Source: Octopus bimaculoides
Taxonomy: Eukaryota
Assembly: GCF_001194135.2 (NCBI RefSeq)
Contig: NC_068986.1
Location: 39,305,510 to 39,366,758, forward strand
Length of the DNA: 61,249 nucleotides
Reading direction: 5' to 3'
The position numbers and the translations under genes are program-made. The notes beneath the pieces are model-generated. The model worked only from the letters and a program-made list of their open reading frames with translations, was not told where the DNA came from and did no database searches. How positions within the stretch are numbered: position 1 is the stretch's first letter; every line of letters begins with the position of its first letter. This document shows positions 1-12,576 of the stretch, piece after piece.

Positions 1-115
1 ATATATATATATATATAAATTGTAAATGCAAAAATAAAAACAAAACACAAAGGGTTCTGCGGTACACGTGTTTCGAGCTTTATAGTTGTTACATATATAT
101 ATACATATATACAAT

Positions 116-331
116 GGCAGTGAGCAGGCAGAATCTTTAGCACATTGGGCAAAATGCTTAGCAGTATTTCATATGTCTTTATATTCTGAGTTCAATCTCT
201 GCTGAGGTCAACTTTGCCTTTCATCCTTTCCGGGTCAATAAAATAAGTACCAGTTGAGCACTGGGGTCGATGTAATCGACTTATAACCACCCCCTAAATT
301 GTTGGTTTTGTGCCAAAATTTGAAATCAGTA
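116..331 (+). mobile_element. tRNA-derived SINE, family B (Octopus OR2-like; Meta-type core)
   Basis: ggcagaatc..ttagca..gggcaaaatgcttag head, B-box-like gagttcaa, core ctttgcctttcatccttt.ggggtc.ataaaataagtaccag; many copies in the window. Confidence 0.8.
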
Positions 332-1019
332 TAAATACACACACACACACACATGTATATGTGTATATATAGTAAATCAATAACAAAAGATAAAATCAAA
401 TACAAAAAGCAACTAAGCCCAAGGGACATTCACAGTTAATATCATTATGTTGATGTTCAAAGAAAGAAAAAGAGTTATAAAATGAAAGTTATGCAGTAAA
501 AGTAAATGTTTCAGACATAGTCTTTTGTCAGATATACAGAGAAAAAAACTAGAAACTAGGGAAGAAGAAAAATAATGGAGGAAAAGATAAGAAGTAAACA
601 GGAGCTTGGAAGATATACACATGTGGGTAACTCACATGTTCAATATATAATAAACAACTAGAGTGCCAATGTGGTATGGGTCACACACACACACACACAA
701 TCAAAAGGCACAGGTATAGATGTCATATATATATTTGCACACATATATCAGCATATATTAGCTGAATGAAGTGGACCAATGATCAATTGGATTTCAGTTA
801 TGACCATGCTGTCTTTCATTCAGGCTTACATTATCTAATGTGAACTTCTGTTTACAGTATGGTTGTGTGTTATATGAGGGAAATTTGGCTGCTATTTCCA
901 GCAGGTCAAGCAACCATGTGAAGGCCCCCTTTAGGATTGTTTTTTAAGTTATTTGATGAAAGAGAAGCCATACACATAATCTTTTGCAGGTCCTCCCATG
1001 CTAGCGTGAGCGATGTAAC

Positions 1020-1180
1020 CAATTATACCCAATTTGAACATTTGCCAGTCAATGTCTGCAGGAAAAAAATATGGATGAGCAAGGAAGGAGATGGAGCAGT
1101 GGAGAAGTCTGGTCTGAATGCATGCTGTAGAGTGAATTCTGGTAAAAAGCACTCAAAGACCAGGTGGTGGTGTTAAACTG
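1020..1180 (-). mobile_element. CR1/L2-type LINE, decayed C-terminal end
   Basis: Minus frame FFPADIDWQMFKLGII resembles the CR1/L2 ORF2 terminus (VFP..DLQ.FK..IN); similar pieces at 36180-36600 and 43430-43690. Confidence 0.55.
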
Positions 1181-1899
1181 TGTTAGGACTACCACCCAAT
1201 TAACAAATAATTCCTAAATAGATCTAGTTCTATGAGAAATATTATTGCCGATGAGATCATAAAGACAGTTGGCACTAGTTATATTTACGTCAATATACTA
1301 ATTAATCATTTACAAAACATAATTCAAACATACAATTCAACAACACGGTTTATACAGCTTTCGGTTTATGAACACTTCCAGGATTTTTTTTTTTCTTTTT
1401 CTACGTTTAAATATTTATTTATATTTTAGCTTTGAAAGAAACACTGGGTCTACGTATAAATCAATAACTTTATGTCTATAGAAGTATTTAAAAATGCCGA
1501 CAAATACAGGCAGACACATACACAAACAAGATGATGGGCAGTTAGAATGAATAATGTCAAACAGTTAGACGTTTGAGAGGGACAGTGGAATAACAGCATC
1601 AACAGAGCAACAGACAAGACACCTCACAGTATTTCAGCTACATCAGTTTATGCTGAGTTCAAATCCTGCCAATGGCTATCAACTGAATAATGGTTACAAG
1701 ACTATAAAGCTTAAATGAAATCCACAATGAAAAACTGCTCTTACATCTAGGATGGTGGTGGTGGTGGTGGTAGTGCTGCTGCTACTACATATGAACATCC
1801 TAAACTATATTCTGAAGAAAGTCATCCAGCCATTTCACAAACGAATCATTTGCCAACACACTTCAATGTCTATTTCACAAATTCATTGTTTCTTTGTCT

Positions 1900-2272
1900 T
1901 TTTTCTTTAACTTGTTTCTGTCAATGGATTGTGGCCATGTTGGGGCACTGCCTTGAAGGGTTTAGTCGAACATACTTATTTTTTTAACTTTGGTACTTAT
2001 TATATTGGTTTCTTTTGCTGAATCATTAATGTTATGGGGATGTAATCAAACTAACACCAGTTGTCAAGCAGTGGCGGAAACAAACACAAAGATAAAGGCA
2101 TGCACACACATATGATGGACTTCCACACAGTTTCTCTCAATCTAATTTACTCCCAAGGCATTGGTTGGTCTAGGGATATAATAGAAAACACCTGTTCAAG
2201 ATGCTGCAGAGTGGGACTGAACCCAAAACCATATGGTTACAATGTAAGCTTCTTAATCACACAGCCATGTCT
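1900..2272 (-). mobile_element. tRNA-derived SINE, family A (Octopus OK-like)
   Basis: Reverse complement of the head (gtgtggtt..gaagct..ggttcag) and the tail (ccagcatggccacaatc...acaagt) shared with about 20 copies in the window. Confidence 0.75.
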
Positions 2273-2672
2273 ACCATAAGTGTAAGGGCATTTGTCCCTA
2301 AGGACAAGCTAGTTAAACATCACCTCCACCAAATTTCATCTGGGGCACACTCAGTTCACCTCTTCTTCATGCTTATATTACCCTCTCTGTCTTTAGCTTC
2401 CCCCAATACATTAACTACTATACCCCACCTCCTCAGCTGAATAATACTGCTTTCTAAGTTTGCTTTTTCCTACAGTCATCAACTTAATGGTTGTGTCACC
2501 TAAATGTCGAAAGCATCATTACTGCAAAGCTTAGAAGGTCAACAGTCTGTGAAAGTCTTGTATACATCCCTTTGCTCTGGACTAAACCATCCCAAAATAA
2601 TATACAAGAATATCAGCCCGGTTGCATTCTGTCTAGTCTCTCTATACATGTGTGTGCGCACGCACGCGTGTG

Positions 2673-2723
<51 letters not shown>

Positions 2724-2807
2724 GTAGATGGCTACATTGATAGACTGACAGACAGACAGACACACACACACACACACACACATATAGAGAGAGAAATAGA
2801 TGGATGA

Positions 2808-3098
2808 AGGCACATGGCTCAGTTGTTAGAGTATTGGGCTTACAATCATGAGGTAGTGAGTTCAATTCCCAGACTGGGCTGTGTGTTGTGTTCATGAGCA
2901 AGACACTATTTCACACTGTTCCAGTTTACTCATCTGCAGAAATGATTTGCAATGTCACAGGTGCCAAGCTGTATCAGCCTTTGCCTTTCCCTTGGATAAC
3001 ATCAGTAGCATGGAGAGGGAAGACTGGTATGCATGGGCAATTGCTGGTCTTCCATAAACGATCTTGCCCAGATTTGTGCCTTGGAGGGAAACATTCTA
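2808..3098 (+). mobile_element. tRNA-derived SINE, family C
   Basis: gcacatggctcagttgttagag A-box-like, gagttcaattcc B-box-like, caagacact...ccagtttactcatctgcaga core; related copies at 14620-14848, 42930-43200 and 45170-45440 on the minus strand. Confidence 0.75.
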
Positions 3099-3600
3099 NN
3101 NNNNNNNNNNNNNNNNNNNNNNNNNNNNNNNNNNNNNNNNNNNNNNNNNNNNNNNNNNNNNNNNNNNNNNNNNNNNNNNNNNNNNNNNNNNNNNNNNNNN
3201 NNNNNNNNNNNNNNNNNNNNNNNNNNNNNNNNNNNNNNNNNNNNNNNNNNNNNNNNNNNNNNNNNNNNNNNNNNNNNNNNNNNNNNNNNNNNNNNNNNNN
3301 NNNNNNNNNNNNNNNNNNNNNNNNNNNNNNNNNNNNNNNNNNNNNNNNNNNNNNNNNNNNNNNNNNNNNNNNNNNNNNNNNNNNNNNNNNNNNNNNNNNN
3401 NNNNNNNNNNNNNNNNNNNNNNNNNNNNNNNNNNNNNNNNNNNNNNNNNNNNNNNNNNNNNNNNNNNNNNNNNNNNNNNNNNNNNNNNNNNNNNNNNNNN
3501 NNNNNNNNNNNNNNNNNNNNNNNNNNNNNNNNNNNNNNNNNNNNNNNNNNNNNNNNNNNNNNNNNNNNNNNNNNNNNNNNNNNNNNNNNNNNNNNNNNNN

Positions 3601-3666
<66 letters not shown>

Positions 3667-3986
3667 TGATGGTGAAGGTGTACCCTTAAGGTGCATGGTG
3701 AATATGAGAAGAATAGGGATAGAGGAACAGAAAAGTTGAGTGGATAGGTAAGTTTATGAGAAAAACACAGAAAATATCAGTATTTTATGCTTTTACATAC
3801 ACATATTTCAAGGAACCAACAGACACCTCAGTAATATTAGCTACTGCAACTAAGTAGTAAGTTGTGGGCATGTGGTTCAATTCTTGTGAGTTTGTTCATG
3901 ACTTACTGTCTAAGGAGTATTTTACCCAATATATTATGAGCTGTTATAGCTTCTATGTATGTGTATATATTTTTATGATTAAGTTC

Positions 3987-4152
3987 AAGCACCCACTACA
4001 CTCTCGGAGTGGTTGGCGTTAGGAAGGGCATCCAGCTGTAGAAACTCTGCCAAATCAGATTGGTACCTGGTGTAGCCATCTGGTTTCACCAGTCCTCAGT
4101 CAAATCGTCCAGCCCATGCTAGCATGGAAAGCGGAGGTTAAACGATGATGAT
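3987..4152 (+). mobile_element. RTE-LINE 3-prime tail-derived repeat ending in (GAT)n
   Basis: Matches the 3-prime tail of the RTE at 13900-14070. Other copies at about 11945, 15040, 16020, 21545, 22320, 26630, 30770, 33820 and 50330. Confidence 0.7.
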
Positions 4153-4700
4153 TCAAATAACTATAATTTTTCTAACATAACAATAAAAGACCATATTCTT
4201 CAAGAATTTGACATGATCATTCCAGAAATCAATTGCATCTAGAATCTGGAATGTAGTACAGCTATTGGATAAAAAAGTCTCATTTATAGTGATCAACAGA
4301 AGCATTTTTTTCAATGATATCTAAGACTATGACTAAATTATGCCCCAAAGAAGAGAGCATTATTTATGTACAATATTCATTAAGGATCTATAATCATTAA
4401 AGATCATATTCTTGTAGGAAAGATGTTATGGATAGCCTTTCAACTGATTACAATATTTATGAAGCTCTCATATGATAACAGGTTTATGGTTCTTGATTAG
4501 CATTCAATGTTTGACAAGTGGAAGAAGCAGATTTAAAATATTTAACTATAAAAATCAACCTCAAGAAAGACAAAATCTTAGAAAATCTGTTAACCATCAA
4601 TGAGATGTAATACACACATATTATTTAAGATGCAGAGGAAAGCTTAGATCCTAAAAGCAACAAGGTTTCCAACAAACTAAGTAATAAGTCTGAAATAGAC

Positions 4701-4900
4701 AAGTAATCAGTGTAAAAGGCAAGCAATCAACGTAAGAGGCAAGCATTCAATATTAAAGGCAAGCAATCAATATTAAAGGCAAGCAATCGATATTAAAGCC
4801 AAGCAATCGATATTAAAGCCAAGCAATCGATATTAAAGCCAAGCAATCGATATTAAAGCCAAGCAATCGATATTAAAAGCAAGCAACCAATATAAAACAA
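4701..4900. repeat. 20-bp minisatellite, 10 units (consensus aagcaatcgatattaaagcc)
   Basis: Units 4781-4860 are identical; the flanking units diverge progressively. Confidence 0.95.
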
Positions 4901-5866
4901 ACAAATAATTGATTCAAGAATAAATTTTATAAATATTGAAAGAACAATAAATTTAATAAAAACACACACAAAAAAAATTTTGATATCCTATTGCAAATGG
5001 GGTAGTTTTTACAGATTATTAAAGTTCTTTCTTGTGTAAAAGAATCTGTAAGGAATTTCCGGCTATTTTCTTTTCTTATGCGGAAGAATTTATAGATAAA
5101 ATTTTTTCTAGAAGTATAGAGATTACAAAATTTTAACATAAATTTCAATGAAAATGGATAAAACAAAATATAGAATGGTATTTTTGGGAAGAAAAATGTT
5201 AGCTTATTATACAACAATGGACATCAAACGCCTGCAAATCGCTTCCTGAATAATTATTGTAAAGTGATGTACTGAATGATTTTGTTTAAAGACAATATTG
5301 ATCATTTAGAAGACTGGATTAAGAAATGGCTTTCTTTTTCTCATTTATTCCTAAGAAGCAAGAATTATTTAAAATTATGAATGCTTGTAATAGAGAATCA
5401 ATCTTATGATCACTCCAAGAACAAATTATTACAATCTTGCATATTTTTATCCTACGCAATGAAAAGATATGCTCAATAAACCCCCACTCTCTCTCCCAGC
5501 TACTTTTTATCCATTTTCCAAGATATTCCTTTATCTATCCCTACTCTACCAACTATCATTACACTGCACTTCATTTGCTTTCCTTTTTCTTCTCATCATT
5601 TCTAAGAACATTCAACTGATTCCTTCTCCTTTAGAAAAGCAAAAATTTATACTTCAAATTTATATCATATATTTAATAGATAGTTTAAATATTTAATGGT
5701 TTGTTCTATTGCATTCTTCAAAAGTGTTCCACCTTTAGAATATCAAATTATTATCAGGTGTTTAGTACTAAAGCAAAAGAACAGGAAAAGATATCTTAGA
5801 AGAACTCCAGTTAACAAGCAAAGATGATGCTTCATCACATACAACTGCTAAGTATTGGGTGAAGGA

Positions 5867-6468
5867 ATTTAACCTTTTGCCCTTCAGATTACCCTGTTAA
5901 ATGTAATACTTATCTATTCACATTGCTTTGAATTAATCAAGTATTATCTTGTACCTTTGAGATCTTGATGATGTGATTATTACCTCTGCCTTCACTAAGG
6001 TGGAAGTATTGTTTTCAGTTTTTATTCATTTCTTTGTTTGTTTGTCTGTGGACAAGATATCTCAAGAACTGCTGGATGGCTTCGAATGAAACTTTCAGGA
6101 ATGTTTGGCCTCATGACTGGCATGAACTGGTTAGATTTTGGGATTGATCCAATACTGGACAAGGATTCTGGATTATTTTTCCAGCTTTTTTTACTTAATT
6201 TTCAAGAGTGGTCAGGTTCATTTTTAGTATTCATGTTTGTGAGACAGTCGAGTTTATTTCAGATATTCTCATATTAAAAATCATCTCTGGCAAATCGCTG
6301 AGAGGACGTTGGTGTTGCCTGAATGGAGGTTTGCACTCTGTGAGTGCTTTTGTTTATTTTTAAAATAATATTGTCAGGTAGATATGAGAGGTCAGATCAG
6401 GCCGGTTTGAACATAAAACAAGTGGAATATTTGGCCTGATATAGCTAGTTTAAATGCTAAAGGGTTAA
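5867..6468. mobile_element. TTAA-flanked MITE (ttaaccctttagcatt...aatgctaaagggttaa family; piggyBac-like), interrupted by a Helentron-type insert
   Basis: Terminal inverted repeats with TTAA ends; same family at 16226-16460, 17515-17965, 46800-47032 and 56708-57808. Confidence 0.7.
5979..6352 (+). mobile_element. Helentron-associated non-autonomous element (HINE/DINE-1-like)
   Basis: Starts attacctctgcc, internal gtttgtttgtctgt microsatellite, sub-terminal inverted ggaggt, 3-prime hairpin gcactc-tgt-gagtgc (6333-6347) followed by a T-run. Confidence 0.7.
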
Positions 6469-6755
6469 AGAAAGAAGTTCTGTAAGTAACAAAGAACAAT
6501 TTTAAATATAGAATAAATTTAGATATAAACTAAATGTTAGAGATCATTGATATTTTTTAAGTAACATTATTTTCTCAAGTCATTTCATTGTAACACCAAA
6601 TATCACTCAAGCTATGAGATGTGCAAACAGCTCCATATGAGAAAAAAGGATCTCAAATAGGCTGTAGTAACTATGAAGGTATCTCTTTGTTTTCTGTTGT
6701 GGTCAAATTCCCTCGTATGTCACACTTAAATGGCTTGTCTTAACAATATCCAAAG

Positions 6756-7648
6756 TACAAGATGGTATAAAAAAGTTCCCAGACTAGTTCTGTAGTGTGC
6801 TAGCAGATGGCAGCACATGGATGCGTGTGCAGTGAGAGCCAGCAGTGACCTTCATGAGGTAGTGTGCTGAGTAACGTTGCTGTTTTTACTTTGCAAGTTG
6901 TGAAATTTCTGCTCTTGTGATCATGTGTATGCTGTAGTTTGTGATTTTAATCATGGACAGGAAGTTGGAACAAAGAGCCAAGGTGAAATTTTGCATTAAA
7001 CTTTGGAAGTCTACTACAGAGATATTGAGCATGTTTTGGCAAGCTTACGGTGACGAGGCAATGAATCGTATGCAATGTTTTGAATGGCACAGGCACTTCA
7101 AAAGGCATGACAGAGATACAGCTCAATGAAGTGCATATTGTGTATTGAGAATTTATTCTCCAGGGTCAGGCCATCAATTGAAAGTTCTACTGTGATGTTT
7201 TGAAGCATCTGAGGGAGAACATTCAGTGAAAGTGACCGGATTTGTGCAGCACGAAAAATTGGATTCTTCACAACGACAATGCACCCTGTCACCGAGCTCG
7301 TTTCACTCATGAGTTTCTCATCAAAAACAACATGGTATTGCTTCTGCACCTGCCCTATTTGCCAGATTTAGCACCTTCATACTTCCATCTCTTCCTCAAG
7401 ATGAAAACGCAGCTCAAAGGTTGCTGTTTTAACACCGTTGTCAAGATCCAAAGCAAATCGCAGAAGGTCCTCAATTTCCTTACAGAAAATGACTTCCTGG
7501 CTGGATTCCAAAAGTGGCAAGAACAATGAGATCAGTGTATTGTTGTGCAAGGTGACCATTTCAAAGGAGATGATGTTAAAACTTAGGTAAATAGGTTATT
7601 TTTTTATTAAACATAACTAGTTTGGGAACTTTTTGATACTTTCTCATA
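6756..7648 (+). mobile_element. Tc1/mariner element, internally deleted, transposase pseudogene
   Basis: TA-flanked TIRs (..aaaaagttcccagactagtt / ctagtttgggaactttttgatac..). Peptides MDRKLEQRAKVKFCIKLWKSTTEILSMFWQAYGDEAM, WILHNDNAPCH and PYLPDLAP are mariner motifs. Confidence 0.92.
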
Positions 7649-7921
7649 AACCTCCTTAAATTGCAATGCAACTTAAGGCCTGAATGGAGAAATGATTTTT
7701 ACTTTTGGTAACTATACAAGAAATTACCTTGAGCAGCATCACTGACCCGTACTTCACATTTGTTGACTGGATGAAAGCATCCAAAATGGTTAATCAAAAG
7801 GGTTTATGAATCATCCTCAAGAAACTCAGCTGTTCATCTAAGCTCACTAACCACATTTGCTCAAGAAAAGAATCTAAATAAAAGACATATTCTTTCTTGA
7901 GTATATTAATATATATTCTTT

Positions 7922-8083
7922 CTTGGTAGCCATAGACAATGTGGTTAATTGTTTCTTCCCAGCCTCCACAAATTTCGGAGATACTTAATGTATTCGGCTT
8001 TATTACCTATTTTGCTGGTTTCTAGAGGTGAGGCATTGATCCTGTGCAGCAATCAAAAAATCCTTCAGTCTCAGCTTTGCACT
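7922..8083 (-). mobile_element. R4/Dong-like (RLE-type) non-LTR fragment
   Basis: Minus strand with frameshifts: AETEGFLIAAQDQCLTSRN...ICGGWEETINHIV, the region leading into the CCHC knuckle of RLE-bearing elements. Confidence 0.65.
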
Positions 8084-9628
8084 CTATTTCATACCACCAC
8101 CACCACCACCACCACCACCACTACTACAATACCATCATCATCATCATCATCATTGTAGTTGTTCTTCTTTTGGCTTGCTTTAGTTTATACAAGTCACACC
8201 CAGATCTCAACCAAAGATGTCAAGGAAGAATAAAATTTTGCATCTAAAAATGCTAATAGGTAAGGTGTCATGCAATTGAAAAAAACTGATGTCTGTAGCG
8301 GGGAAAACACACTGAATGTGTGTTTTTCTCCTCACAGAATATGTAAGGTTGCATTTACATGGAGAGGAATTTATGTAGAATATGTGAAGTACCCATAAAT
8401 ATGATTTTTTGCAACTCACTTATTTTGGGGCTGCTAGAGATTTGGTCTGCTTATTTAGCTTATCTTCACACCATTCATGTGGCTTCAAGTTGCCTCATTT
8501 GTCTATTTTCAATTTCCAGATTCTTATATTTACTCTATTTTCAGAGATGTGTTTTTGTCAGCTGGAGTTGCAACATCACTCTAAAGACAAGTCCTTTCAA
8601 CATGATTTTTCACAATGATAGCTGATCAGTTAGCCCATATTTCCCAATCAGCCTGAATACTGAAATTCTAAAGGATGGTAAACTCAGCGTTCTGCACAAC
8701 TTCTTAGTTGTTTATGTTCCAACAAGTTCTCTTTGTGAGGGAGGTTGCATGTGTGGCATATTGACCAGTATATGTACTGAGGTGCCCTGTCATGTCTTTA
8801 CAAGTATTTTATTGGTATCAGTTGGTAGCAACAGAGATTGTGTGGTCGATTGTCTCTGGATGTTCTCCACATATGCATCACAATAAGCTGTGAGAAGACA
8901 CTGATCCAGAGCAGCAATGATATATCCGTCAGTTCCTTGTTTGAGACAAGAGCATGTCAGCTATTGATAGGTAAGGATTTTATCTACATCAGGGACCCTG
9001 GCTCTACTCAGGTATTTGCCATGTAGTGGTTTTTGCTCCCATTTCTCTTTAGTATACTGAGAATGGTTTCTTTGGCTATATATTTTATTTGCTTTTCCAT
9101 ACTAGTTGGGGACACATTTTCTTTCGGTTCTTCTAGTTGCATTTCTTGAAGCTCTACTTTTGTGTTTTTCATCACTGAGTGTAACTTTTTATTTCTTCTT
9201 ATTTCAGAACCAGATTTAACATCCAGTCATTTGTATGTTGCAGACAGGCTGAAAGTTACACAGTAGTAATTTTCAATGAGAGTTGAGATTGTATTAATCC
9301 CCAGCTGCTTTCTTTCTCTATGCAATTGTTGACTGTTTTTTGCAAACGGTTTTAAGTCATCCCTAATAGAGAAGGTGATTGATAGATTTTTCCATACACC
9401 TTATATCCATAATTTGCTTCATTCCAGATTTTACTAAGGAGAAACAGTGCTAAACAGAATAACAAAGGAGATAGCAAGTCTCCTTGAAAGATTCCACAAT
9501 TAACAATGGTTTCTCCTTAATTTACTGCTGTTGTGTCATCATCATCATTATTTAGTATTGATATGGTGGTGAGCTGGTAGAAGTGTTAGTGCATTGGATA
9601 AAAGGCTTAGCAGTTTGGATGGGCATAG

Positions 9629-9925
9629 CCCAGATTATTGTGACCAGGTCATTGTCATGTACTGTACTCAGTACATGCTTGGACCACTTCTTATTTGTTT
9701 TTACATTGAGCTGTTAGCATATTATCCAATGAATGTAGCTGCCAACATGATCATGCCTTTGTACATACTCAGATTTAGTAAGGGCAAGACAATTAGAGAT
9801 TATATAGTCAGTTGTCTCATCATGTTGGTCACACATCCTGTATTTGGTGTTAAGATTCATTTTCATGATTTTATTTTCAGGCATCAGTTCCTCTGTTTCT
9901 GCTTTTAGGTTGGAGTTTTTAAGCC
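9629..9925 (-). mobile_element. R4/Dong-like non-LTR fragment (zinc-knuckle region)
   Basis: LKAETEELM..KYRMCDQHDETTDYIISNCLALTKSEYVQRHDHVGSYIHWIIC, then KWSKHV..HDNDLVTIIW. Confidence 0.75.
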
Positions 9926-12202
9926 GTTGTTGACTTTCACTTTGGCTTAGTTCTTCTCTAGAATAAATGGAAAGGGAAACCTCTCCATGGTCAATACCCT
10001 TGTAGCGTATTGGAGTGGTTTTCTTTTCCATTTTTTCATGAGTTTGCTTTGTAATTTGTTTTCATGTAGTTTTTTGTATGTTTTACCATTTCTGTTCTTT
10101 TATCTAAATCTCATGTTTCAGTGTAATCTGTTTCTGTTTTGTATTTTATAACTTCCTTGTGTATAGAGAAGAGATTTTTGTTACACCCTTTTTACATATA
10201 TAAGCCTTCCATTCACCACCACCACCGCTACCTCATTCTCTATAAAGTACATATACTCTACTGAAGCCATTCTTTAACTCTGAGATACAGATCTCCAGTT
10301 ATAAGCATTTCATCTTTTTTTTTTTATTATACCCTATCGATTTGCTTTAAAGAATATGAAAATTTCCTAGGAGTATTATTTTATGGACTTCAATTTTCTG
10401 CTTTGTATCATGCTTACCTTCTTCTAATACTGCCATTATTATGGGATTGTTTCTGTGTCCATACACCATAGTTTCAATATTTCTACAACTAGTTCTTTAT
10501 ATATAGAGTGTTGCCTGGTTTTTCTTTATTCAATCTCCTTTACAATTTCTTATAGGAAGACATTATTATCTGTTAGACAGGACACATCAATAGTACACAT
10601 CAATAGTATACATGAACTGGATATATTGTCTTTATAATGATATATGAGTGGTTTGTTGTGCCTTTATTTCTTTATCTGTTTGTGTGTATACATACATATG
10701 CATACACACACATATTTGTATATGCTATTCAATCATACCGTTTCCATGCCTTACACTTATCTTTAGGCATACCTATACCATTCTTTTATTCCCAAGAAAG
10801 AGTCTTTATTTCTTTACATATTTTTCACTGGCGATGGGCAACTACTCTGTCATATCTCTTGATATAATATGTAATGCCCAGTATGAAACTTCTAAGCAGA
10901 ATGTGGATGAGATTTTAATCAAATTCACCACACATACACAACATTAAAGTCTGATATTTTGATTCTGAGGTTATATATATATATATATATNNNNNNNNNN
11001 NNNNNNNNNNNNNNNNNNNNNNNNNNNNNNNNNNNNNNNNNNNNNNNNNNNNNNNNNNNNNNNNNNNNNNNNNNNNNNNNNNNNNNNNNNNNNNNNNNNN
11101 NNNNNNNNNNNNNNNNNNNNNNNNNNNNNNNNNNNNNNNNNNNNNNNNNNNNNNNNNNNNNNNNNNNNNNNNNNNNNNNNNNNNNNNNNNNNNNNNNNNN
11201 NNNNNNNNNNNNNNNNNNNNNNNNNNNNNNNNNNNNNNNNNNNNNNNNNNNNNNNNNNNNNNNNNNNNNNNNNNNNNNNNNNNNNNNNNNNNNNNNNNNN
11301 NNNNNNNNNNNNNNNNNNNNNNNNNNNNNNNNNNNNNNNNNNNNNNNNNNNNNNNNNNNNNNNNNNNNNNNNNNNNNNNNNNNNNNNNNNNNNNNNNNNN
11401 NNNNNNNGATCTGAGATCGTGTGCTGAAACAAAAACAATTGCAGCGTGGGAGGTGTTTATGAGCCATTTAAAAACACACAAAAACCGTTAATTCACTTCA
11501 ACATTATATATGAGTGGTTTGTTCCAGATTCTTAAATAATATCCAAGTGGTTTGTTCCTACCACTTATCATTTATATTGTTTCCTCTTATTCTTATTTTT
11601 GTGTTTTGCTATATTTGTGTGTTTTAGTTTATGTTAATTTGGATTCTGTAAGGGAGCATTAGTGGTGGTTAAAGTTCTTTCTGCTTGACATTCTTGAGCT
11701 TCTTTACATATTGAATGCATCATTTTGTTTTGTCATATTTGAAAACTACTTGCATTAGAGTGAGTGAGTTATTACTGTTTAACCCCAAGTTATCCCTAAC
11801 TGAGTTACCTTTAATTAAAAGCCTTCTAGTGATGACCATCCTCTCTTATTTTTCTCACCTTCTGGATATTAAGATCACCCAAGTCAATTAGATATATTTC
11901 TCTTGCATTAACTCATTCATTTTGATATGTTGCAGGTGTTCAACACCATCATCATCATCATCATCATCATCATCATTCTAACATCTGCTTTTCCATGCTT
12001 GCATGGGTTGGATGGAATTTTGTTAGGATGCTTTTCCTGTCACCAACTCTCACCTGTTGCCAAATAAGGAAATATTTCCTCATAACTAGACATGATTTCA
12101 CTGACAATTGGGAATTGTCTTGCAAATCAGTCACATTCATCTAAAACTATCACACAATGTCAAAGCAAGGAGACAGTAACACATATATATATCTATATCT
12201 AT

Positions 12203-12239
<37 letters not shown>

Positions 12240-12344
12240 TTATATTTATANNNNNNNNNNNNNNNNNNNNNNNNNNNNNNNNNNNNNNNNNNNNNNNNNN
12301 NNNNNNNNNNNNNNNNNNNNNNNNNNNNNNNNNNNNNNNNNNNN

Positions 12345-12387
<43 letters not shown>

Positions 12388-12576
12388 GTATATATATATG
12401 TATGTGTATACCTATTTATCCATAAATACATATACATATATATGACAGGTCTCTTACAGTTTCCACCTACCAAATCCAGTCACAAAGCATGGGGCTACAG
12501 CAGAAGACACTTGCCCAAGGTGTCATGCAGTAGAATTGAATCCAGAACTAGGTTAGGCAAGTAAACTTCTTGCCAG

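Noticed and set aside
937-1059. Apparent minus-strand terminal exon (cctgcag|..IDWQMFKLGIIGYIAHASMGGPAKDYVYGFSFIK*)
   Set aside because: Phase is incompatible with the preceding copine exon, and FFPADIDWQMFK matches the CR1/L2 LINE C-terminus, so it is better explained as a TE relic.
4701-4900. CRISPR-like array (also considered for 28848-29496)
   Set aside because: Units are contiguous with no unique spacers, and the context is eukaryotic.
7725-7873. Minus-strand peptide SFLEQMWLVSLDEQLSFLRMI, faintly like class D beta-lactamase, and a 39-nt exon-like segment
   Set aside because: In-frame stop, no catalytic motifs, and no compatible partner exon.
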